In this document: in pieces, positions 57,251-64,000 of the stretch
Numbering within the stretch: position 1 is the stretch's first letter
Layout of the letters: every line of letters begins with the position of its first letter
Source of the DNA: an uncultured Campylobacterales bacterium
GTDB taxonomy: Bacteria; Campylobacterota; Campylobacteria; Campylobacterales; Sulfurimonadaceae
Reading direction: 5' to 3'
Length of the DNA stretch: 64,000 nucleotides
Assembly: GCA_964650175.1 (NCBI GenBank)
Contig: CAZYTC010000007.1
Span: forward strand, 484 to 64,483
Translations under genes and position numbers: made by a program
The notes under the pieces: generated by a model
Seen by the model: only the letters and a program-made list of their open reading frames with translations
Told to the model about the DNA's origin: nothing
The model's database searches: none

Positions 57251-57967
57251 ATGAGTGGTGTTGATAAAGTTTTTGATAAACCAATATCCAAACAGTTTGA
57301 GTTTGATGACTCAGTTGCGAGCGTATTTGATGATATGCTCTCTCGCTCAGTGCCATATTATAGTGAGTCGATGGAGCTAACTAGAAGGTTTGTGATAAAT
57401 GCACTAGAAGATGGCTCGCTAGTTTATGATTTAGGCTGCTCTACTGCCTCTACGCTACTAGAGATAGAGAGATCTATAAAAGATAAATCAGTTAGGCTAG
57501 TAGGAATCGATAACTCTGCTGCTATGATAGAACACGCGAGCAAAAAACTGCGACTATTTAACTCTGATATTGTTGTAGAGTATGGCGATATATTAGAGTA
57601 TGATTATGAGAGCTCAAAGGCGATGATTAGCAACTATACACTGCAATTTATACGACCTATGATGAGAGATAGATTGATTCAAAAAATTTACAGCTCGCTA
57701 GAAGATGGCGGAGTGTTTTTATTTAGCGAAAAGGTTGTAAGTGCCGATGCAAAGCTTGATAAACAGCTTATCGATTGCTATTATGATTTCAAAAAAACAC
57801 AAGGCTATAGCGAATATGAGATAGTCCAAAAACGAGAGGCATTAGAGAATGTGCTCATCCCATATACTGTAGATGAGAATATCAAAATGGCAAAAAATAG
57901 TGGATTTAAGAGTGTAGATGTGATATTTAAGTGGGCAAATTTCGCTACATTCATAGCTATAAAATAG
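57251..57967 (+). CDS. cmoA: Carboxy-S-adenosyl-L-methionine synthase
   Basis: 238 aa with FDDSVASVFDDMLSRSVPYY, VYDLGCSTA and NYTLQFI. Confidence 0.92.
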   Translation: MSGVDKVFDKPISKQFEFDDSVASVFDDMLSRSVPYYSESMELTRRFVINALEDGSLVYDLGCSTASTLLEIERSIKDKSVRLVGIDNSAAMIEHASKKLRLFNSDIVVEYGDILEYDYESSKAMISNYTLQFIRPMMRDRLIQKIYSSLEDGGVFLFSEKVVSADAKLDKQLIDCYYDFKKTQGYSEYEIVQKREALENVLIPYTVDENIKMAKNSGFKSVDVIFKWANFATFIAIK

Positions 57968-58201
57968 CTACTCTACGCTACCTATGCCTCTACGCTCAGG
58001 CTTTGTTTTCACAGCCTCTTTTATATCTGCAAAATCGATGAGATTTTTATCACATTTTTTGCGGTAATAGCCTTGTGCGTCATAATACTCTTCGCAGTCA
58101 TTGTAGTATCTAAGACTAATGCCTCTATCATTAAAGCATCCACCTAGTAAAATAGTAGTGATTAAAAAATATAAAACTCTCATAAAAATATTGTATCTCA
58201 T
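57968..58201 (-). CDS. Small Cys-rich putative lipoprotein
   Basis: 77 aa. Lipobox LLGGC. ATGA overlap with the nth stop. No recognised motif. Confidence 0.5.
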   Translation of the reverse strand: MRYNIFMRVLYFLITTILLGGCFNDRGISLRYYNDCEEYYDAQGYYRKKCDKNLIDFADIKEAVKTKPERRGIGSVE

Positions 58202-58845
58202 CTAGGTTTAAAAACCTCTCTGGATTTACAAAATTCTACTAAAAAACAGTCACTATCGCATTTGGGATTTTTGGCGGTGCAGATGTATCTACCAAATAGT
58301 ACCATCGCTTGATGTAGATGATGCAGGTCTGTTTTAAATAGCTTTGATAGTGTCGCCTCTGTGGTTGGTGGTGTGAGATCACGGCTAAGCCCTAATCTGT
58401 GGCTAACACGAAACACATGTGTATCTACTGCCATCAAATTCGCCCCAGTATACTCTATGAGTACCACATTTGCGGTCTTTTGCCCCACTCCAGCTAGTGT
58501 GATGAGCTCTTTTTCATCTAGTGGAATCTCTCCGCCATAGTGCTCTTCTACCCGCTTTGCCATCTCTATGAGATTTTTTGCTTTGTTATTAAAAAATGAA
58601 CAGCTATTTATGAGTGATTTTACCTCTTTTAAATCTGCTTTTGCTAGCGAGGCGGTATCTGGAAATCTCTCAAATAGTGCAGGGGTTATGATGTTTACTC
58701 GCTTATCAGTACACTGAGCTGATAGTGCTACAGATACTATAAGCTCATAGAGGTTTTTATACTCAAGCTCCGTGATAGCACCAGAGTATCTAGATAAAAA
58801 AGCCTCCTTTATTAAGGCGGCTTCTTTTTTTGTCGATAGTTTCAT
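58198..58845 (-). CDS. nth: Endonuclease III
   Basis: 215 aa. HhH-GPD (LAGVGQKTANVV) and a C-terminal 4Fe-4S cluster CxxxxxxCxxCxxxxxC. Confidence 0.96.
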   Translation of the reverse strand: MKLSTKKEAALIKEAFLSRYSGAITELEYKNLYELIVSVALSAQCTDKRVNIITPALFERFPDTASLAKADLKEVKSLINSCSFFNNKAKNLIEMAKRVEEHYGGEIPLDEKELITLAGVGQKTANVVLIEYTGANLMAVDTHVFRVSHRLGLSRDLTPPTTEATLSKLFKTDLHHLHQAMVLFGRYICTAKNPKCDSDCFLVEFCKSREVFKPR

Positions 58846-58949
58846 ATATTAAGCCATTTCTTATGCAATAAATATTTAATTGCCATTTTTTGTGATACAA
58901 TTAAAAAAAGTATTTAAAAGTGAATTATACTATAAATCAGGAGGTGCTT

Positions 58950-60896
58950 GTGAGTTTATTTGGTTTTGTAGGGGGATTATTTGGCGATAATAGAGATAAT
59001 TCTACTAATATAGATGGCAAGCAACCAGATGATAATATTTTATACAAGGTTTTAGATACCAACTCTAATCCAATACTACTTTATACTAGAAAAATGGGTT
59101 GGTTTTGGGCAAATAGAGCATTTTTTGCACTCTCTGGGTATAAAGATATTGAGCAATTTAAGAGCGAAAAAGAGAGTCTAAGAGATATTTTTGCATATGA
59201 GAGCGAAGATATTTTTACTGAATCTGATAAGACTTGGCTAGATTATCTAAGATCTGAGGGCATAAAAGATTATAGCGTCGGAATGGTAGATGGTGAGTCG
59301 AAGATGAATACGCTAGTAGCTAGAGTGAGTGTTATTAGAGACTCTGGCGAAGATTTATATATATTGCGACTAGATAATATTACAAATGTGATAAAACTGC
59401 GTGAGGATATGTCAAAAGTAGAGGAGTTGCAGGGTAAATTTCTCTCAAACATCTCACACGAATTTCGTACACCTATGAATGGTATTTTAGGCTTTATAGA
59501 TTTAATCGGTGGCACAAACTTAACAGAACTGCAACAAGAGTATATAACCTCTGCACAAAGCTCTGCTAGAAATCTGATGAATAATATAGAAAATCTGCTA
59601 GATTTAGCACAGATGCAAAGTGGAAAACTCACAGTAAGCAATAGCGATTTTAGTATCGTCCATGAGCTAGAGGATTTAGCTAGAGGGATTGTTCCAGCGG
59701 CTGAAGATAGAGATATTAGTGCACTATTTTTTATAGATCCAAAGCTACCAACAACGCTTACAGGCGATATTAGAAAGATAAAACAGGTAATATTAAATCT
59801 ATATCAAAATGCTCTAAAATTTACACCACCAAAAGGCAGAGTAACGATAGAGGCAAAACTGCTAAAGCGAAATACATCTGGTAGTTGTAATATAGGATTT
59901 AGTGTCAAAGATACAGGCAAGGGCATAAACAAAGATGAGTTAGCTCAAATAATCAGACCGTTTGTCTCGGGTGATCAAGCAGATAATAGACTAGGCGTAG
60001 GGCTTAGCCTATCTCATGGGCTAGTCAAATTGATGGGAAGCGAGTTAAAAATCGTAAGCGAAGAGGGCAGGGGCTCATCATTTAGTTTTGCACTCACGCT
60101 AGAGGGCTCTGTGGGTCATACGATGCAGATGATAAATAATATCCAAGTAAAAGTACTGCTACTAGATGAGAGTAAAATCGATGATGCAAACCATCTAACA
60201 AACTATCTACGCAGTTTTGGGCTATCTGTTGTAAAATCACAAACAATAGATGAAAACTTATATAAAGATGTAGAGTGCGTATATGTAGTAGCTAGCCAAG
60301 AGAAAATCGATTGGCTCGTGCCATTATCAAAAATCAAGCGAGAAAAGCGAGTTATACTACTGATAGAGTCTGGCGAAAAACTACAAGCTAGAATGCTTCA
60401 TGGTGTGGATGAGCCTCTATCTAAACCGCTACTGCCGTTTATGTTTATGGAGCATTTAACAAAAACATATAATATTCCAAAACCGATGGTCTATCAAACA
60501 CAAACACTTCAGCGAGGAATCCAAGCGTTAGTGGTAGAAGATAACCTTATTAATCAACGATTAATTACCCTATTGTTGCGTGAGTATGGGGTAAAAGTAA
60601 CTGTAGCATCAAATGGTGAAGAGGCTGTTGATGCTTGTAGATTAAACACCTATGATATTGTATTTATGGATATCGATATGCCTGTAAAAGATGGTATAGT
60701 AGCAACCCAAGAGATAAAAGAGGAAAAACGCTACACCAAAGGTGACAAGATGCCTATTATCGCTCTAACAGCACTAGCTATGGAGGGCGATAAAGAGCGT
60801 ATTTTAGCAGAGGGACTAGATGATTATATCTCTAAACCTCTAACTAGAGAAAAACTAGAAGCTGTGCTTCATAAATATTTGGAAGTAACTGTATAG
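58950..60896 (+). CDS. Soluble hybrid sensor histidine kinase/response regulator (paralogue 1)
   Basis: H-box SHEFRTPMNGI, HATPase (GVGLSLSHGLV), a degenerate receiver-like linker, and a C-terminal REC (FMDIDMPVKDG). An AGGAGG RBS lies 5 nt before the GTG at 58950; the track start is 58920. Confidence 0.88.
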   Translation: MSLFGFVGGLFGDNRDNSTNIDGKQPDDNILYKVLDTNSNPILLYTRKMGWFWANRAFFALSGYKDIEQFKSEKESLRDIFAYESEDIFTESDKTWLDYLRSEGIKDYSVGMVDGESKMNTLVARVSVIRDSGEDLYILRLDNITNVIKLREDMSKVEELQGKFLSNISHEFRTPMNGILGFIDLIGGTNLTELQQEYITSAQSSARNLMNNIENLLDLAQMQSGKLTVSNSDFSIVHELEDLARGIVPAAEDRDISALFFIDPKLPTTLTGDIRKIKQVILNLYQNALKFTPPKGRVTIEAKLLKRNTSGSCNIGFSVKDTGKGINKDELAQIIRPFVSGDQADNRLGVGLSLSHGLVKLMGSELKIVSEEGRGSSFSFALTLEGSVGHTMQMINNIQVKVLLLDESKIDDANHLTNYLRSFGLSVVKSQTIDENLYKDVECVYVVASQEKIDWLVPLSKIKREKRVILLIESGEKLQARMLHGVDEPLSKPLLPFMFMEHLTKTYNIPKPMVYQTQTLQRGIQALVVEDNLINQRLITLLLREYGVKVTVASNGEEAVDACRLNTYDIVFMDIDMPVKDGIVATQEIKEEKRYTKGDKMPIIALTALAMEGDKERILAEGLDDYISKPLTREKLEAVLHKYLEVTV

Positions 60897-60905
60897 GAGT
60901 TATAG

Positions 60906-62810
60906 ATGGTATATTTTACACCAGAGTTTAAAGCAGACTACAACTGCGACTGGATAGAGGCGTGTACATCACTACATATCGATCCGCTTTTATATATCGA
61001 CCTCTCTGGTGTAATACTAGGATGTAATGATAGATTATTAGATTTTTTACATTTGAGTGATTTTGATGAGATGAGTGAGCTAGGCGAATGGTTCGTTCCA
61101 CAGGGTCTAGAGATATCATTTATCGTCGCAAATAGTGGAGATTATAGAGGAAAAATCTATCACAACAGCACCTCTTATGATGTGCTTGTAAAATCTGAGC
61201 ATATCGTACTAGGGGATAAACCTATAGTAGGAGTGGTGTTTAAAGATATCTCTATATTAGAAAAAGCTAGAGCGGCAGAGAGATATTTTGAGACACTAAA
61301 AAATCAGTTTTTATCAAACATCTCTCATGAGTTTAGAACTCCTATGAACTCTATTATCGGCTTTACCGATTTGCTCAAAAACTCACCACTTAGCTCATGG
61401 CAATCAGAGTACATCTCTATGATGGGCAAGAGTGCTATGAGTATGATGCGAAATATCGAAAATCTACTTGAGCTGATGCAAGTAGAGAGCGGTGGAGTGC
61501 ATCTAAATCTACAATCTGTCAATCCTATAGAGGTATTTGAGCGATTTTCTATGCTATTTGATGATTTAGCTAGCTCTAAAAAGATAGATTTGCTATTTCT
61601 AATAGATCCAAGGCTTCCAAAAATTATGATAGCTGATGAGGATAAGATTTTAGCTGTTATTAGAAATCTGATTCAAAATAGTATCAAATTTACCAGCGAT
61701 GGCGGAAGTGTTTTTGTAGAGATAACTCTCACAAAAGATGAGCCAGATGCTATAGAGGTAGAGTATAGCGTAAGTGATACAGGCATCGGTATAGAGCCTG
61801 AGAGAGTAAAAATGCTACTTCGTCCATTTGCTTCGGCGTGGGATAATCAACGCCGTGGCAAAGATGGGCTAGGAATCGGGCTTAGTCTGAGCCATAAATA
61901 TATAGATATGATGGGCTCGCATCTAATGTTAGCTTCAGAGGTAGATAGAGGCTCTAGATTCTCATTTAGACTCACACACGAGGTAGAAGAGAGGGCGTCG
62001 TTTGAGGTAAATAGTGATGTGGCAATATCTATATATACACAAAAGAGCACGCTAGGCGTACATGGTGCACTGCTATATAAATATCTAGAGGTGCTAGAGC
62101 TAGAAGCAACCGTTGTAAATGATTTAGTTAGTGATGTAATTAGAGATTCAGATGTGCTATTTTTAGATGCAGAGCATATCTCAAAAACTCAGATAGATGC
62201 ACTAAAAACAGCATATCCAGAGTTAGATATTATACCGATAATCTATAGCAAAGATATACTATTTGCCCAAGAGCTAGAGCGAGATTCTATCTCCTCGCTA
62301 CTATTACCGCTACTGCCGACATCGCTATTAAAAGCACTAAGTGGCTCATGTGAGGCGATTAGCCAAAGTCATATTGTAGAGTCATCAAAATCAAAAGATT
62401 TAGCAGATTTCAAAGATGTAAAAGTGCTAGTGGCAGAGGATAATATAATTAACCTCAGACTACTAGAGACGATACTGCACCAAGAGGGCTTTAAAGTTAC
62501 AGCTGTAGATAATGGTCAAAAAGCAGTCGATGCATATCTAAAAGAGTATTTTAATATCGTACTTATGGATATCGATATGCCTGTGATGGATGGGCTGATG
62601 GCAAATAGGCTTATCAAAGAGATAGACAAACGAGATAATCGTGGTGCAGTGCCTGTTATAGCACTTACAGCCCACGCACTTATTGGAGATAGAGAGCGTA
62701 TCATAGCGGCGGGACTAGATGCTCACCTCGCTAAACCAATAGATAAAAAACTACTACTACAGACGATTAGTAGATTTATGAATAGCAAAGATAAAAATAG
62801 AGCTAAATAG
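60906..62810 (+). CDS. Soluble hybrid sensor histidine kinase/response regulator (paralogue 2)
   Basis: 634 aa. H-box SHEFRTPMNSI, HATPase (GIGLSLSHKYI) and a C-terminal REC (LMDIDMPVMDG). No TM segment. Confidence 0.9.
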   Translation: MVYFTPEFKADYNCDWIEACTSLHIDPLLYIDLSGVILGCNDRLLDFLHLSDFDEMSELGEWFVPQGLEISFIVANSGDYRGKIYHNSTSYDVLVKSEHIVLGDKPIVGVVFKDISILEKARAAERYFETLKNQFLSNISHEFRTPMNSIIGFTDLLKNSPLSSWQSEYISMMGKSAMSMMRNIENLLELMQVESGGVHLNLQSVNPIEVFERFSMLFDDLASSKKIDLLFLIDPRLPKIMIADEDKILAVIRNLIQNSIKFTSDGGSVFVEITLTKDEPDAIEVEYSVSDTGIGIEPERVKMLLRPFASAWDNQRRGKDGLGIGLSLSHKYIDMMGSHLMLASEVDRGSRFSFRLTHEVEERASFEVNSDVAISIYTQKSTLGVHGALLYKYLEVLELEATVVNDLVSDVIRDSDVLFLDAEHISKTQIDALKTAYPELDIIPIIYSKDILFAQELERDSISSLLLPLLPTSLLKALSGSCEAISQSHIVESSKSKDLADFKDVKVLVAEDNIINLRLLETILHQEGFKVTAVDNGQKAVDAYLKEYFNIVLMDIDMPVMDGLMANRLIKEIDKRDNRGAVPVIALTAHALIGDRERIIAAGLDAHLAKPIDKKLLLQTISRFMNSKDKNRAK

Positions 62811-62892
62811 CTCATTTAACATCGATTATTCTATATGATATACAATTGCCATACAATAGAGTTTTGCATCTATTAGTTATAAAACAAGGATA

Positions 62893-63726
62893 ATGATGAA
62901 GCGATATCTGATTGCTCTATCTGTTTTGTTTAGCGGTGTAGATGCCGCAGTTTTGGCGAGCGTAAATGGTAGCGATATCACATCTGAAGAGGTTAATAAA
63001 GTCCTCATGGAGGGAACTCAGGGTAGATTTGATACGCTTCCGCTTGATAAGCAACAAGAGCTTCGCCAGAGAATAATCGAGGGTATGATTGCTCAAGAGT
63101 TGGTTTTTGAGGATGCAAAAAAAAGTGGTGTTTTAGATAGTGCCTCTTATAAGCAAGAGCTTGAGCTTGTAGTTAGAAAGATTGAAGTACAACTTGCTGC
63201 TAGATATTGGGAGCAGGAGCTTTTAGATAGTATCAAAGTAGAGCCAAAAGAGATTAAAGCATATTTTGATGCAAATATAGATGAGTTTGTGGATAAAGAG
63301 AAAGTTCACGCTAGACATATACTGCTAAAAACAGAATCTGACGCACAGGCAGTTATAAAATCTCTTAGAACATTTAGCGGCGAGAAGCTAAAAAATGAGT
63401 TTATAGCACAGGCTAAAAGCAAATCAACTGGTCCTAGTGCTTCTAAAGGCGGAGATTTAGGATATGTGGTGCGTGGTCAGATGGTACCATCATTTAATGA
63501 TGCTATATTTTCTACTAGGGTAGGAACTGTAAACTCATCTGCAGTTCAGAGTCAGTTTGGATATCATGTTATCTATATAGAGGATAAAAAGGGTGCAAAA
63601 AAACTCTCATTTAATGAGGTGAAAGATTTTATTGAGCAGAAGCTAAAGATGGATAAATTTAAAGCACAGCTTGATAAAAAGATGAATGAGCTTCGCTCAA
63701 AAGCAAAAGTAACAATCGCTAAATAG
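62893..63726 (+). CDS. Periplasmic parvulin-type PPIase/chaperone (PEB4/HP0175-like)
   Basis: 277 aa. Signal peptide, SurA-like N-domain and a parvulin core (HARHILL..., GGDLGYV..., FGYHVIY). Confidence 0.85.
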   Translation: MMKRYLIALSVLFSGVDAAVLASVNGSDITSEEVNKVLMEGTQGRFDTLPLDKQQELRQRIIEGMIAQELVFEDAKKSGVLDSASYKQELELVVRKIEVQLAARYWEQELLDSIKVEPKEIKAYFDANIDEFVDKEKVHARHILLKTESDAQAVIKSLRTFSGEKLKNEFIAQAKSKSTGPSASKGGDLGYVVRGQMVPSFNDAIFSTRVGTVNSSAVQSQFGYHVIYIEDKKGAKKLSFNEVKDFIEQKLKMDKFKAQLDKKMNELRSKAKVTIAK

Positions 63727-63730
63727 ATTT

Positions 63731-63751
63731 ATGCTCACAATCTGTGAGCAT
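63731..63751. terminator. Bidirectional hairpin between the convergent PPIase and fba genes
   Basis: ATGCTCACA-ATC-TGTGAGCAT forms a perfect 9-bp stem. Confidence 0.55.
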
Positions 63752-63755
63752 AATA

Positions 63756-64000
63756 TTAGTTTCTATCTATCGCATTTAAATCGTTAAATGCCTCTTTTAC
63801 TCTCTCAATTAGCGTCTCTTGACCAGCACGAAGCCATTTGCGTGGATCATAATATTTTTTGTTTGGCTTATCTTCGCCTTCTGGATTTCCGATTTGACCT
63901 TGTAGGTATCCACTATATTTTTCAGAGTAGTTTTTAACACCCTCCCAAGTCGCCCACTGCGTATCTGTATCGATGTTCATTTTTATAACACCATAGCTGA
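63756..64000 (-). CDS. fba: Class II fructose-bisphosphate aldolase (3' part; gene runs off the window)
   Basis: ..SYGVIKMNIDTDTQWATWEGV...LQGQIGNPEGEDKPNKKYYDPRKWLRAGQ...LNAIDRN matches the FbaA C-terminus. The reading frame stays open to position 64000. Confidence 0.92.
   Translation of the reverse strand, partial: SYGVIKMNIDTDTQWATWEGVKNYSEKYSGYLQGQIGNPEGEDKPNKKYYDPRKWLRAGQETLIERVKEAFNDLNAIDRN

Overview
This 64-kb chromosomal segment comes from a moderately AT-rich member of the Campylobacterota (epsilonproteobacteria). The assignment rests on gene order (lysC-hobA-holB-folP, cheV-cheA(Y)-cheW, ilvC-yibQ-dprA, rpmH-rnpA-yidD-yidC-jag-mnmE) and on Helicobacter/Campylobacter-type MotB, PEB4-like PPIase and ArsRS/RacRS-like proteins; the genus cannot be fixed from sequence alone. 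About 80% of the window is densely packed housekeeping: katA, rmuC, feoAB, surE, greA, argC, the chemotaxis core, clpB, yidC, mnmE, ilvC, dprA, queA, tatBC, hemW, rppH, lysC, folP, motAB, pit, msrB, hup, pyk, cmoA, nth and a partial fba. No rRNA, tRNA, CRISPR array, integrase or transposase was seen. Accessory or unusual content is as follows. (i) Two ParE-type toxin-antitoxin (TA) cassettes at the left edge share a near-identical ~55-nt leader and are separated by REP-like hairpins. (ii) A family of nested palindromic REP-like elements includes a ~360-bp cluster at 5787-6146. (iii) Three decayed RhuM-family genes are present (an internal deletion, an A7 frameshift and a ~50-nt fragment). A 25-nt motif, AAATATGTCAATTTGTCATATTTTT, brackets one copy and also sits upstream of rmuC and dprA. 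(iv) A CsgG-like/DUF4810/DUF799 lipoprotein trio lies divergent from an XRE regulator. (v) A haem-c (DUF3365)-PAS-GGDEF cyclase is paired with an FmdE-like protein. (vi) The best candidate for an undescribed system is a tightly coupled two-gene operon at 54482-55698. It encodes a stand-alone minimal class III nucleotidyl-cyclase domain protein and an HTH/coiled-coil protein with no known effector domain. (vii) Two tandem soluble hybrid histidine kinases and several orphan ORFs complete the list. All functional calls come from reading the translated motifs by eye. No database search was run.
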